64,000 nucleotides of DNA from Gammaproteobacteria bacterium (GTDB lineage: Bacteria > Pseudomonadota > Gammaproteobacteria > UBA4575): contig OZ242278.1 of assembly GCA_965207475.1 (NCBI GenBank), positions 264,320 through 328,319 on the forward strand, given 5' to 3'. The position numbers and the translations under genes are program-made. Below are positions 19,263 through 29,620 of this stretch, piece by piece. The number at the start of each line of letters is the position of its first letter. The stretch's first letter is position 1. Under the pieces are notes generated by a model. The model was not told where the DNA came from. It did no database searches and saw nothing but the letters and a program-made list of their open reading frames with translations.

Positions 19263-20053
19263 GGCCCCGAAGCCAGCCGGTACCGTGCTCCCCGGTTTCC
19301 GGGCCCGCGTGCCCGGCGCGTGATGCGTTCCGAAGGCCCAGATTGATTTAGCACCGTGATACACATTTTCTTCTGTACAGACCCGGGGTCCGTGCCTATA
19401 CTGCACCTGTCGGTTTTGTACCGGTGCCATGGCGGTATATCCATGGCGATGAGGCACCTCCGGACTGCGTAAAGGTGCCCCGGCTGAAAGGCTGCAGTCC
19501 ATATTCAAGACCAGCCTGTATCCCTGTACCAGGGGTCAGGCGTGCGGAACCAGGCCCTTGGGGGCCGGTCTCCGCTCTACAACCCAAGGCCTTGTTGCCT
19601 GCAGACACCTGCGGGGCTTCCCCGTGCGTGTCATCCAACTCACGCCCTGTACAGGACGCATCGCCCTGGCCGTTTGGTCAGCTGGCAGTAACTGTACATA
19701 GGGCCTTTATTCCAACTCTGTGGAACGTATCCACACAATGTAAAAGGAGGTATTCAACGAGCGCCCTGAGAGGGGCCCATGAACTGGTACAGGGGCCTGT
19801 CTCTCAAGAGACATCCTGTACTGCCTGGAGCAGGCATATTCAAGTCATTGAGGGAGTCGTGTCCCATGGGCGTATTCGCCTGGCGAAACTTCAGCATCAA
19901 GGTGCTGGAGTGCCCAGAAACACTCACCAGAAAGGAACAACACAGGAAAGACTTGGACCATGAAGCATTTGAACTACGTACTGAACCAGCTTTGCCGGCA
20001 CTGCCGGGAAGGCAGTGATGCCACGCAACAAAACAAGCATGAGGAACCTATCC

Positions 20054-20302
20054 ATGAACTATCGAATTGTACGGCTGAAGGAGGTCCAGCAAATGACCGG
20101 ACTCTCCCGATCCACGATTTACGCACTCATTGCCCAAGGCAATTTCCCCAAACAGATCCAGCTCACCGAAAGCGGCCGATCCGTGGGCTGGCATGAACAG
20201 GCGGTAATCCGATGGATCGAGACCCGGCAGCAGGTGGAATGCCCGACCGGCCGCTACTCAGTCGTTGGCGGCCCTAGAGAAGAGCGAGATCACCTCGCCT
20301 GA
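20054..20302 (+). CDS. alpA: AlpA-family phage/island transcriptional regulator (excisionase-like HTH)
   Basis: Start ATG 20054 with GAGGAA RBS. LKEVQQMTGLSRSTIYALIAQGNFPKQIQL is the canonical AlpA/MerR-like HTH. The 3' end overlaps the integrase 3' end convergently. Confidence 0.7.
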   Translation: MNYRIVRLKEVQQMTGLSRSTIYALIAQGNFPKQIQLTESGRSVGWHEQAVIRWIETRQQVECPTGRYSVVGGPREERDHLA

Positions 20303-21484
20303 GGCTCGCAGCTGATCCAGGTAATCCGCCCAGGCCTGCATCATCTTCCTTCGCTCCGGCAGATGCGCCGTGCGGTTGTAGGCCCGCCCGTTCGGATCGC
20401 GCAAGCTGTGGGCCAGCTGGTGCTCGATATAGTCCGGGCGAAACTTCAGCACTTCATCCAAAATCGTGCGGGCCATCGCGCGAAAGCCGTGACCGGTCAT
20501 GGTCTCCTTGCCGATCCCCAAACCGCGCATGGCCGCCAGAACGGCGTTCTCGCTCATGGGCCGGTCCCCCTTGGGACTTCGGGCGCTGGGAAACACATAC
20601 CGGCCCTGTCCGGTCAGGGGCTGCAGTTCTTCCAGGATCTCCACGGCCTGCCGCGACAGCGGCACGATGTGCTGCGTTTTGGTCTTGGTCACCTCAAAGC
20701 GCCATTCGGCAGCATCCAGGTCGATATCTTCCCACTGCGCCTGGCGGAGTTCTCCGGGGCGCACAAAGACCAGTGGGGCAAGGCGCAGGGCGCACTGGAC
20801 CACGAGCGTCCCCTGGTACCCGTCGAGGGTCCTCAGGAGTCTTCCAACCTCGTTGGGCTCCGTAACCGAGGCAAAGTGCTTGCCTTTCACCGGGGGCAAT
20901 GCGCCCCTCAGATCTCCCGAGGGGTTGTATGTGGCCCGGCCGGTGGCAATGGCATAGCGAAACACCTGGCTGCAATAACTGAGTATCCGGTACGCCGTTT
21001 CCAGGGCTCCACGCTGTTCAATCCGCCGAAGGGTCTCAAGGAGTTGAGGTGCGGTAATCCGGGTTATCGGCCGGTTGCCGATCCATGGGAAGACATCGCC
21101 TTCGAGCTGGCTGATGACACGAGTTGCATGGCTGGGTGACCAGATGGAGGCGCGTTTGGCGAACCATTCCCGTGCCAGGGCCTCGAAACTGTTCGCGGCC
21201 TCGTCCGCCTTTGCCGCCTTCTCTGCCTTGCGCTGCTCGCTCGGGTCGACCCCGTTGACCAGCAGCTTGCGGGCCTCATCGCGCCGGGCACGGGCATCCT
21301 TGAGCGTGACATCAGGATAGACTCCCAGCGAGAGGCGCTTCTCCTTTCCTTCGAAGCGATACTTCAAGCGCCACCACTTTCCTCCGTGGGGAGCAACCTC
21401 CAGATACAGCCCGCCGCCGTCAAACAGCTTCCTGGATTTTTCGCCGGCCTTGGCGTTTCGGATTGAAGTATTAGACAGGCTCAT
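20258..21484 (-). CDS. int: Tyrosine-type site-specific integrase, P4/CP4-57 family
   Basis: 408 aa. It has an N-terminal Arm-binding DUF4102-like region (GGGLYLEVAPHGGKWWRLKYRFEGKEKRLSLGVYPDVTLKDAR) and a C-terminal catalytic domain with HGFRAMARTIL and HQLAHS...AYNR (R-H-R-Y family residues). It lies adjacent to a tRNA 3' end. Confidence 0.85.
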   Translation of the reverse strand: MSLSNTSIRNAKAGEKSRKLFDGGGLYLEVAPHGGKWWRLKYRFEGKEKRLSLGVYPDVTLKDARARRDEARKLLVNGVDPSEQRKAEKAAKADEAANSFEALAREWFAKRASIWSPSHATRVISQLEGDVFPWIGNRPITRITAPQLLETLRRIEQRGALETAYRILSYCSQVFRYAIATGRATYNPSGDLRGALPPVKGKHFASVTEPNEVGRLLRTLDGYQGTLVVQCALRLAPLVFVRPGELRQAQWEDIDLDAAEWRFEVTKTKTQHIVPLSRQAVEILEELQPLTGQGRYVFPSARSPKGDRPMSENAVLAAMRGLGIGKETMTGHGFRAMARTILDEVLKFRPDYIEHQLAHSLRDPNGRAYNRTAHLPERRKMMQAWADYLDQLRASGEVISLFSRAAND

Positions 21485-21647
21485 GGGGGCAACTCCCTTT
21501 ACAAATGGTACACTTGCCCCCGATTCTGCCCCCAGTTGCCCCCGGATGTCAATAAACTTCAGTGAACTGCTTTGGACACTGTTAAGCTATAAATATCTTA
21601 TTTATCAAATGGATAAAGACGTTATGGGACATTCTAAGATTTTGAAA

Positions 21648-21723
<76 letters not shown>

Positions 21724-21741
21724 ACTTCCCAAACCAGTAAT

Positions 21742-23148
21742 CTATATCGTGTCTGCAATGTATTCAATCGCCTGATCTATTCGGCGCATGGTCTTGTCGA
21801 CTCCAAGCAGTTCCAGTGTGATATCAATGGATGGCGAGATTGCCTTTCCCGTGACTGCCAATCTGAGGGTCGGCGCGACCTGGCCGAACTTCAAGCCCAT
21901 TTCACTGCTGACCGAATTTATCGCTGACTTGATCTGGTGTGCAGACCAGTCATCTACCTGCTCAAACTTGAATTTGAGATTCTGCAGAATTTTCATGCCT
22001 TCATGATTGAAATTCTTTTTGGCTGAATTCTCTTCGTAGCTGCTTATGTCCGCATAGAAATAGGTGCTTGTGTCACATATTTCAACTAGAGTCTTGCACC
22101 GGTCTTTCTGAATATCAAACAATTCGTCCAGTTCCGGCTTTCCGTCAGGATGTATCCCCTTAGAACGAAAATGCAGTGCAAGTTCATCCAAAACTTCACT
22201 GCCTGGAATTTGCTTCAAATGCTGGTGATTGACCCAGAGCAGCTTGTCCGGATCGAAAACTGCTGGAGACTGCTGGACTGAAGTCAAGCTGAACAGCTCA
22301 ATCATTTCCTCTACAGAAAATAACTCCTGATCTCCACTAGACCAGCCCAGCCTGACAAGATAGTTCATCAGTGCCTTGGCAAGAAATCCATCTTTTCTGT
22401 ATTGGTGAACTGACATGGCGCCATGCCTTTTCGATAGCCTTTTACCGTCTTTCCCGTGTATGAGCGGAATGTGCGCATACTTGGGTAAAGGCATCCCCAG
22501 GGACTTGAACAAATTTATCTGCCTGGGGGTATTGCTCAGGTGGTCATCCCCCCTGATTACGTGAGTGATGGAATGGTCAGAATCATCAACCACCACACAT
22601 AGATTATACGTAGGAGAACCGTCTGAACGAGCCAGTACCAGGTCATCAAGCTCACTGTTCATGATCTCAATCGGGCCATGAACCAGGTCCTCAAACCTGA
22701 CACTGCCGTCGAGCGGATTCTTGAATCTTACTACGGGATTTGAACCCGCTGCGGCTTTACCTTTCCTGGACCTGCAAAATCCGTCATAGCGAGGTTTTTG
22801 TTTGTTTTGAATCTGTTCTTTGCGTATGGCATCGAGACGCTCCCTGGAGCAATAGCAATGGTATGCCAAGCCCAGATCAAGCAACTGCTGCACAATTTCA
22901 CTGTATCTTTTCAGGCGTGAGGACTGAAAAACTGGTCCCGTGTCTGCCTCCATGCCCAGCCATGACAAATTGGAAAGGATGTCTTCTGTAAACTCGCTGG
23001 AAGAGCGCTGCTGATCGGTATCTTCTATGCGCAGAACATACTCGCCGTTATGCCGCCTGGCATACAGCCAGTTAAAAAGCGCAGTCCTGACACCACCTAA
23101 ATGCAGGTAACCGGTCGGACTCGGGGCAAAACGGGTGCGGATAGTCAT
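21742..23148 (-). CDS. gltX: Glutamate--tRNA ligase
   Basis: MTIRTRFAPSPTGYLHLGG carries the class-I HIGH motif, and the 468-aa length and overall pattern fit GltX. Confidence 0.9.
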   Translation of the reverse strand: MTIRTRFAPSPTGYLHLGGVRTALFNWLYARRHNGEYVLRIEDTDQQRSSSEFTEDILSNLSWLGMEADTGPVFQSSRLKRYSEIVQQLLDLGLAYHCYCSRERLDAIRKEQIQNKQKPRYDGFCRSRKGKAAAGSNPVVRFKNPLDGSVRFEDLVHGPIEIMNSELDDLVLARSDGSPTYNLCVVVDDSDHSITHVIRGDDHLSNTPRQINLFKSLGMPLPKYAHIPLIHGKDGKRLSKRHGAMSVHQYRKDGFLAKALMNYLVRLGWSSGDQELFSVEEMIELFSLTSVQQSPAVFDPDKLLWVNHQHLKQIPGSEVLDELALHFRSKGIHPDGKPELDELFDIQKDRCKTLVEICDTSTYFYADISSYEENSAKKNFNHEGMKILQNLKFKFEQVDDWSAHQIKSAINSVSSEMGLKFGQVAPTLRLAVTGKAISPSIDITLELLGVDKTMRRIDQAIEYIADTI

Positions 23149-23241
23149 AAGAAACGGCGTGCTAGATGGCCAGGCAGCATAGTGGACGATTGTACATGGA
23201 TACGGAAACAGAACCGAACCATACCAGAATTTGAAAACAGT

Positions 23242-23724
23242 TCAGACTGATATGAGCCAGATCAGCCCATGCAGACACAGTGCACTGTAGACGGCTGCAA
23301 GCAGATCATCCACCATGATCCCGAGCCCTCCTGCAATTTGCCGGTCTGCCAATGAAACTGGCCAAGGTTTCAAGATATCAAACACCCTGAAAAGCAAAAA
23401 CCCTGCCAGTACCCAATACCATGCAATGGGTACAAACAGCATGGTCAGCAAATAGCCGACAATCTCGTCAATTACGATCACGGGGTGATCATGCTTTCCT
23501 AAAGCCTGGGCTGTCTGTTTGCAGGTGTAGCACCCTGCCAAAAACAAAAGCACTACAAATGAGACATATATGCCAGTGCCGAATGACGTCAGAATCAGGT
23601 AAACCGGTATCGCAAACAAGGTCCCGACCGTTCCAGGTGCCACAGGTGACAGCCCTGCCCCGAACCCTGCAGAAAATATGTGCACAGGGTTGCTGAAAAT
23701 AATTTTGTTTATCTCCCGTGACAC
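23242..23724 (-). CDS. pgpA: Phosphatidylglycerophosphatase A
   Basis: 160 aa membrane protein with the PgpA motifs GTVGT, VIDEIVG and FRVFDILKP. Confidence 0.8.
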   Translation of the reverse strand: MSREINKIIFSNPVHIFSAGFGAGLSPVAPGTVGTLFAIPVYLILTSFGTGIYVSFVVLLFLAGCYTCKQTAQALGKHDHPVIVIDEIVGYLLTMLFVPIAWYWVLAGFLLFRVFDILKPWPVSLADRQIAGGLGIMVDDLLAAVYSALCLHGLIWLISV

Positions 23725-23733
23725 CGTATGCGA

Positions 23734-24699
23734 TCAAGAAAAGTGGTCAAAGCCTAATTTATCGGGCAGGGAAAAGGATTGGCCGGATCTTGAAAGCTCT
23801 ATCCCCTTGCCTTGGGTGATCCGTCCAATGCAACGGGTAGGACATGCAGTTTTTTCACTTATCATTGCGATTGCATCTTGATGTTCCGGGCGGACTGTAA
23901 ACATCAGTTCATAATCATCTCCGCCGGTCAGTACCACATGCCAGTCCTTATCGGTCTTTAGCTGTCTTTTCATGGCTTTTGAAAGCGGGATCTGGTCCAG
24001 TTCTATTTGTGCACCGACTTCGCTCATCAATAAAATCTGGTGTAAATCGCTTAAAAGCCCATCGGATATATCAATGGCTGCGCTGGCACAGGAAACAATT
24101 TCCTGGCCAAGATTCACTTTTGGCTCAGGCCGGTTTAAGCGTAACGTAAAGTATTCATGGTCTGCTTTGGCCATCGTGCGATGCTCAATACCGTCGCGTA
24201 ACTTTACGCCCATGGCCGCATCGCCAATGGTTCCAGATACATAGATGAGATCTCCTGGCCTGGCTCCTGACCTTGTCAGCACCAGGCCGGGTTCCAAAAA
24301 CCCGACCATGTAGAGCGAAATAGACAAAGGCCCACGGACCACGTCGCCTCCAATCAACCTGACACCATGCCTGTCAGCCAGTTGAAACAGTCCCTGGGAA
24401 AACCCTTCAAGCCAGACATGCTCAGCATCTGCCAGGGACAAGTTCAGGCTCGCCCACAACGGCGTTGCACCCATAGCAGCCAGGTCGCTCAGATTTACCG
24501 CCAGCGCTTTATAACCAAGGTCCCCAGGTTGGCAGCCCGGGTCAAAATGAACCCCCTCGTTCAGCATGTCAGAAGTGATCGCCAGCCTGGAACTCTTCGG
24601 AGGCCTGACCACGGCACCATCATCACCTATACCGATTTCCACACCGGCATCAGCAGAGTGCCTTGAGAAATACTTGGTGATGATCTCCTGCTCTGTCAA
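23734..24699 (-). CDS. thiL: Thiamine-monophosphate kinase
   Basis: N-terminal GIGDDGAVV...ITSDMLNEGVHF is typical of ThiL, and the pgpA-thiL-nusB order is conserved. Confidence 0.85.
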   Translation of the reverse strand: MTEQEIITKYFSRHSADAGVEIGIGDDGAVVRPPKSSRLAITSDMLNEGVHFDPGCQPGDLGYKALAVNLSDLAAMGATPLWASLNLSLADAEHVWLEGFSQGLFQLADRHGVRLIGGDVVRGPLSISLYMVGFLEPGLVLTRSGARPGDLIYVSGTIGDAAMGVKLRDGIEHRTMAKADHEYFTLRLNRPEPKVNLGQEIVSCASAAIDISDGLLSDLHQILLMSEVGAQIELDQIPLSKAMKRQLKTDKDWHVVLTGGDDYELMFTVRPEHQDAIAMISEKTACPTRCIGRITQGKGIELSRSGQSFSLPDKLGFDHFS

Positions 24700-24729
24700 A
24701 ATTTTTTGATTATGTAATGCGTTTGATGC

Positions 24730-25149
24730 TTAGTCTGCCAAATCCCGTTCCACCTTATCCAGTATGCCATTGATCAGCTTGTACCCTCCTGGTGAGCCAA
24801 ATTTCTTGCATAGAATGATGGCTTCAGAAATCACTACATCCCGCGGTACGTCATGCTTGTTTAGGATTTCGTAGGTAGAAAACAACAGAATGGCTCTTTC
24901 AACGGGACCTATCCGTTCAGCAGACCCGTCAACGCATGCAGTAAAAGTTTCAGTCAGCTTTTCTGCATTACCGATAGATTCCCGTAACAATTCAGTAAAG
25001 TATTCCTTGTCAACCTTGTACCAGTTCTCGTCCTCAGAAAATTGAACCAGGAGTTCTTCTGCGCTGTGTCCGGATAGCTGCCACTGGTATAAGGACTGTA
25101 ATGCAAAACGCCTTGACCAATGGCGTTTATGAGTTTCGGCTATGCTCAT
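24730..25149 (-). CDS. nusB: Transcription antitermination factor NusB
   Basis: 139 aa. The RRxARxxALQxLYQWQ N-terminus is characteristic of NusB. It overlaps the ribH 3' end by 23 nt. Confidence 0.85.
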   Translation of the reverse strand: MSIAETHKRHWSRRFALQSLYQWQLSGHSAEELLVQFSEDENWYKVDKEYFTELLRESIGNAEKLTETFTACVDGSAERIGPVERAILLFSTYEILNKHDVPRDVVISEAIILCKKFGSPGGYKLINGILDKVERDLAD

Positions 25150-25624
25150 CGGATGACCGGATAGCTCTCAATGCATTAACCATCTCCAAAACGCACAGGG
25201 CTGCATCGCGGCCCTTGTTGGTACTTCCGGAACTGCGCACAACCGCCTGTTCCAACGTGTCCGTGGTCAATAATCCAAAGGCGATGGGAACTCCTGATTG
25301 CAGGCTGGCTGCCTGTATGCCTAGCGTACACCCTTGGGACACATACTCGAAATGCGGAGTGTCGCCCCGTATCACGCAACCCAAAGCGATCAGCCCGTCA
25401 TAGCTGCCGGTCTCGGCCATGGCTTTGCATACCAGCGGCAACTCGAATGCGCCGGGCACATGTCTGCAGCTGATATCTGTTTCCGCCACCTGGTTTTCAA
25501 GCAACGTGCTTAGCGCGGCTTCCTGCATGGCTCTGACGATTCTCCCGTTAAAACGTGCAGACACGATCCCGACACGGGTGCCCTGCCCTGAATAGTCTGC
25601 TCCTTTCGTGTAACTCTCCTGCAC
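25127..25624 (-). CDS. ribH: 6,7-dimethyl-8-ribityllumazine synthase
   Basis: VGIVSARFNGRIV and the GAFELP motif. The GTG start overlaps the ribE stop. Confidence 0.85.
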   Translation of the reverse strand: MQESYTKGADYSGQGTRVGIVSARFNGRIVRAMQEAALSTLLENQVAETDISCRHVPGAFELPLVCKAMAETGSYDGLIALGCVIRGDTPHFEYVSQGCTLGIQAASLQSGVPIAFGLLTTDTLEQAVVRSSGSTNKGRDAALCVLEMVNALRAIRSSDEHSRNS

Positions 25625-26226
25625 TATGTTTTCTCCCTGTTCTGCATCAGGTTCTCAAGGTATCGTGCGATCAGGTCTACTTCCAGGTTCACTTTATCCC
25701 CGGGCATTGCCATGCCTAGTATGGTGTTATCCAAAGTATGCGGGATCACTGTTACACAGTATTGGTCGCGCTTCACTTCATTGACTGTCAAGCTGACGCC
25801 ATCTACGCTGATCGACCCTTTGGGCGCGATATAACGCAGCAGTTCCGGAGGCGAAGAAAACCATAACACTGATTCGTGCTCACCGTCTTCACGTGTTGCA
25901 AGCGCGCCGACGCCGTCTACATGGCCACTTACAAAGTGACCACCAAGACGTGTGGTAGGAGTGACCGCGCGTTCCAGGTTGACATGGTCGTGCCGGAGTA
26001 CGAAGCCGAATGTAGTGCAGTCACGTGATGCAACGGAAATATCCACGTTAAACGAGTTTTCACCTATGTCATAGGCAGTCAGGCAAACACCATTTACTGA
26101 GATACTGTCGCCCTTGGCAATTTCAGCTGTAAATCCGGAACTCGAGTGAATCAGATATCGGAAAATATCCTTTTCTTCCTTGAGCAAACGGGCTCGGCCA
26201 ACTTCTTCTATGATCCCTGTAAACAT
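25624..26226 (-). CDS. ribE: Riboflavin synthase (alpha subunit)
   Basis: MFTGIIEEVG...SVNGVCLT repeated as ...SVDGVSLTV: the two lumazine-binding repeats of riboflavin synthase. Confidence 0.85.
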   Translation of the reverse strand: MFTGIIEEVGRARLLKEEKDIFRYLIHSSSGFTAEIAKGDSISVNGVCLTAYDIGENSFNVDISVASRDCTTFGFVLRHDHVNLERAVTPTTRLGGHFVSGHVDGVGALATREDGEHESVLWFSSPPELLRYIAPKGSISVDGVSLTVNEVKRDQYCVTVIPHTLDNTILGMAMPGDKVNLEVDLIARYLENLMQNREKT

Positions 26227-26560
26227 GCTGAGCCTTTTTCCGAGAAGAGTATGTTATCGCTGGCAAATCTTTGAATACGACTAGACAGGTCCAGGCATTT
26301 CAAAACATTTGACAGTTTTATCCGAACCATCTGCCGCAATCCCATCCTGTGCATCTTCCCCTGAGAAACATTACTCTCCGGGTTTCTTCCTGAAATTATA
26401 CATGTTCAACAGGTGTACAGGCTCACGACAGGCCAGGCGGGCAATGCAGAGTCTGCTGTACAGGTTCATGCGGCATGGCCAGAATGGTTACTTGCGCCCG
26501 TGTATGGCCCGGTTTGGAATTCCCATACAGCCCAATGCACCATCATGTCATGAGTTCGCC

Positions 26561-27661
26561 CTAAGTACTGGATGGCCTGAACCTCAGCTTTATATCTTCT
26601 CCTATGACAGAGATGTCTTCTATTTGCATTGCCAGCCGATTCCGCATGTCCGTGATCAACGGCAGTCTGGCGAGCCCCTGGCCGCTTTCTCCAATGATGT
26701 GCGGTGCCATGTATACCATCATTTCGTCGACCAGGCCCTGACCAAGCAGGCTGCCAGTCAACCTGGAGCCCGCCTCGACCAGAACCTCATTAACTTCTCT
26801 GGCTGCCAGGTCATGCAACACTTCAGTGAGATCGAGCGAGTCTTGTTCCATGACCGTGATCTCTACATTTTTGCTTCGCAGACGTTCAATTTTCTGTGGA
26901 TTTGTTGAGCAGGTATAAATGACAGTCTTGCCGGGGCCGTGCAGCACCTTGGCAGCTTCAGGCATCATCAGGTTTGTGTCGAGAATGACCCGAAGCGGTT
27001 GCTGAGGCTCGGATTCCAGGTCCAACTGCTCCTTCGCAATACGCACAGTGAACATGGGATCATCGGCAAGTACCGTACCGATACCGGACATGATGGCGCA
27101 GCTTCGCGCCCGTAACTTCTGCACGTCAAGACGGGCCGGCTCACCGGATATCCACTTGCTGATACCGTTTGCCAGGGCAGTTTTACCATCCAAGCTCACA
27201 GCGACCTTGACTGTTACGTGCGGCCTGCCCTTTTGCATTCGAAGGAAGAAGCCCTTGTTGAGTTCCATTGCTTCCTCTTTCAGGACATCGCACCGAACCT
27301 GAACACCGTGTTGACTCAGATAGGCCAACCCTCTCCCATTTACCTGGGGATTCGGGTCTTGCGCCGCAACAACGACCCTCATGACTCCGACCTCTACCAG
27401 CGACTTTACACAGGGTGGTGTTCTCCCTTCATGCGAGCAAGGCTCAAGGGTTACGTAAACCGTACTGTTTTCAGCATTTTCCGTAGTATTTTCCAGAGCA
27501 TCTATTTCAGCATGATTCTGGCCAAGGCTGGCATGGTACCCTCTTGAAATGATGCGGCCATCTTTAACGATTACGCAGCCGACACGTGGATTCACACGTA
27601 CAACGTACAGCCCTTTTTTTGCGAGCCGCACCGCTTCTGCCATGAATGCATGGTCATTCAT
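26561..27661 (-). CDS. ribD: Bifunctional riboflavin biosynthesis deaminase/reductase RibD
   Basis: Has an N-terminal CMP/dCMP-type deaminase zinc motif (HAEIDAL...TLEPCSHEGRTPPC) and a C-terminal RibD reductase domain. Confidence 0.85.
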   Translation of the reverse strand: MNDHAFMAEAVRLAKKGLYVVRVNPRVGCVIVKDGRIISRGYHASLGQNHAEIDALENTTENAENSTVYVTLEPCSHEGRTPPCVKSLVEVGVMRVVVAAQDPNPQVNGRGLAYLSQHGVQVRCDVLKEEAMELNKGFFLRMQKGRPHVTVKVAVSLDGKTALANGISKWISGEPARLDVQKLRARSCAIMSGIGTVLADDPMFTVRIAKEQLDLESEPQQPLRVILDTNLMMPEAAKVLHGPGKTVIYTCSTNPQKIERLRSKNVEITVMEQDSLDLTEVLHDLAAREVNEVLVEAGSRLTGSLLGQGLVDEMMVYMAPHIIGESGQGLARLPLITDMRNRLAMQIEDISVIGEDIKLRFRPSST

Positions 27662-27702
27662 AAAAAGGACATGGAATTCCGGCTACCTGCGGGCAGTCAC
27701 GG

Positions 27703-28209
27703 TCAGTCAGCATCATCAATAATCAGGGAGAGCTGACCTTTGCGCATTTCCGGATCAAGATCTTTTTCCACCCGCTCGATCAAATCCTTGAACGCACGAA
27801 CATCTTCAAAGCTCCGGTATACCGATGCAAAGCGTACATAAGCCACCTGGTCAATCGCACGCAGTTCCTGCATGGCCCAGTCACCGATACTGCTCGCACG
27901 CACCTCACGTTTTCCAAGGGCAAGGGCCTTGCGTATTATCCTGCTGATAAGCGAGTCCAGTGTTTCGGTGGCTACCGGTCTTTTCTCGCAGGCCAGTGTC
28001 AAGCCCTTGCGCAATTTTTCCTCATCAAAAGGTTCTCGCCTTCCATCGCGTTTCACGATCCTGGGGAGGCTGCGCTCTGCCGCCTCATAAGTTGTGAAAC
28101 GTTCCTTGCACCGCAGGCACTCCCGCCTGCGCCGAACCTGGTCACCCTCCCTTGCAAGCCTGGAATCTATGACTTTCGTGTCTTCGAAATGGCAAAAGGG
28201 ACAATGCAT
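27703..28209 (-). CDS. nrdR: Transcriptional repressor NrdR
   Basis: [17 protein letters not shown] carries the zinc ribbon, and an ATP-cone domain follows. The nrdR-ribD linkage is conserved. Confidence 0.9.
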   Translation of the reverse strand: MHCPFCHFEDTKVIDSRLAREGDQVRRRRECLRCKERFTTYEAAERSLPRIVKRDGRREPFDEEKLRKGLTLACEKRPVATETLDSLISRIIRKALALGKREVRASSIGDWAMQELRAIDQVAYVRFASVYRSFEDVRAFKDLIERVEKDLDPEMRKGQLSLIIDDAD

Positions 28210-28241
28210 GTCGCGATAAAGGTACCATCACCGTAGGCAGA

Positions 28242-29522
28242 TCAAGCCACAGCCTGTTGTGCTGCACTGGACTGGTACACCGGAAAACGCTTGCACAAGT
28301 CAAGCACCTGATTCTTCACACGCTCTATGGTCTGGGTATTCTCAATGTCATCCAGGATGTCACACATCCAGTTGACAAGCTCCTGGCATTCAGGCTCCTT
28401 GAATCCGCGTGTCGTCGCGGCAGGGCTGCCGATCCTCAGTCCACTGGTCACGAATGGAGACTGCGGGTCATTAGGCACGGTGTTCTTGTTGACGGTAATG
28501 TTTGCCTGGCCAAGCGCGGCATCTGCAGCCTTTCCTGTCATGCCCTTGTCGATCAGGTCAACCAGGAACAGGTGGTCGTCGGTGCCGCCTGAGACAATCT
28601 TGTACCCTCGTTCCATGAACTGGTTTGCCATGACTCTCGCGTTGTTCAGAACCTGCTGCTGGTATGCCTTGAATTCAGGCTGCAGGGCCTCAAGAAAAGC
28701 TACGGCCTTGGCGGCGACTACGTGCATGAGCGGCCCGCCCTGGGTACCCGGAAACACCATGGAATTCAGTTTCTTTGTAATCTCTTCGTTCTCGCGAGCC
28801 AGAATGACTCCGCCGCGAGGTCCGCGCAGGGTCTTGTGCGTGGTTGAGGTGACGACATCCGCCAACGGCACCGGGTTTGGATAGAGGTCCGCTGCAATCA
28901 GCCCGGCTACGTGAGCCATGTCTACCACCATGTAGGCCCCTACGCTGTCACAGATATCCCTGAAACGCTGCCAGTCCCATACCCTGGAATACGCTGAAAA
29001 CCCAGCAATGATCATTTTCGGCCTGTGCTCTTCAGCCAGCTGTTCCACTTGGTCATAGTCGACTTCACCCGTATCCGGGTTCAGGCCGTACTGTACCGCA
29101 TTGAAGATTTTCCCCGAAAAGTTCACCGGGCAGCCGTGGGTCAGGTGTCCGCCATGAGGCAGGGCAAGCCCCATGATGGTGTCGTGCGGCGACAGTAAAG
29201 CCAGGTAAACGGCGGCGTTTGCCTGGGATCCGGAATGCGCCTGCACATTCGCATAGTCCGCACTGAACAGCTTCTTGACACGATCAATTGCCAATTGCTC
29301 GGCGATGTCTACGAATTCGCAGCCCCCGTAATAGCGCTTTGCAGGATAGCCTTCTGCGTATTTGTTCGTAAGTACACTTCCTTGAGCCTCCATCACTCGC
29401 GGGCTGGCGTAGTTCTCGGATGCTATCAGCTCCACATGTTCTTCCTGGCGGCGAATTTCTGACTGAATTGCCTCCTTGAGCTCCTTGTCAAAACTTGCGA
29501 CTGTCATGTCTGCTGTAAACAT
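28242..29522 (-). CDS. glyA: Serine hydroxymethyltransferase
   Basis: [30 protein letters not shown] and the PLP-binding [12 protein letters not shown] motif. Confidence 0.9.
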   Translation of the reverse strand: MFTADMTVASFDKELKEAIQSEIRRQEEHVELIASENYASPRVMEAQGSVLTNKYAEGYPAKRYYGGCEFVDIAEQLAIDRVKKLFSADYANVQAHSGSQANAAVYLALLSPHDTIMGLALPHGGHLTHGCPVNFSGKIFNAVQYGLNPDTGEVDYDQVEQLAEEHRPKMIIAGFSAYSRVWDWQRFRDICDSVGAYMVVDMAHVAGLIAADLYPNPVPLADVVTSTTHKTLRGPRGGVILARENEEITKKLNSMVFPGTQGGPLMHVVAAKAVAFLEALQPEFKAYQQQVLNNARVMANQFMERGYKIVSGGTDDHLFLVDLIDKGMTGKAADAALGQANITVNKNTVPNDPQSPFVTSGLRIGSPAATTRGFKEPECQELVNWMCDILDDIENTQTIERVKNQVLDLCKRFPVYQSSAAQQAVA

Positions 29523-29620
29523 TATTCTTAACTCCTGCTCAGATTTTTAATTTGATTTGGCATAAATATGGGATTATAGCCTAATTTATAAGCAAAATAC
29601 GCAAGATGCTGAGGCGCTCA

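Larger units (their letters stand above)
13194..21647. mobile_element. tRNA-flanked integrative genomic island of about 8.5 kb (P4-type integrase, AlpA, restriction cargo) inserted between tRNA-Glu and tRNA-Ala
   Basis: The integrase gene abuts the 3' end of tRNA-Ala. GC is elevated (about 55-62% by eye versus about 48-52% for the flanks). Cargo is mrr plus an MmeI-like RM enzyme. Homologous tRNA-Ala/tRNA-Glu tandems lie next to gltX in other gammaproteobacteria, which implies an insertion between the two tRNAs. The att repeats were not located by eye. Confidence 0.6.

Noticed and set aside
19424-19963. 179-aa ORF and several overlapping ORFs on both strands in the GC-rich 19.2-20.0 kb segment
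   Set aside because: The translations are P/R/G/A-rich with no domain and no RBS, and they mutually overlap on both strands. The region behaves as non-coding GC-rich DNA and is reported as a structural/ncRNA candidate instead.
20363-21139. 258-aa and 152-aa ORFs antisense to the integrase gene
   Set aside because: These are shadow ORFs inside a well-supported tyrosine integrase CDS in high-GC DNA.
26309-26908. 199-aa + strand ORF spanning the ribD-ribE gap and the ribD 3' end
   Set aside because: It is antisense to ribD for most of its length and has no recognisable motif. I also checked the gap for an FMN riboswitch and found no conserved core elements.
28327-28884. 185-aa ORF antisense to glyA
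   Set aside because: Shadow ORF inside serine hydroxymethyltransferase.
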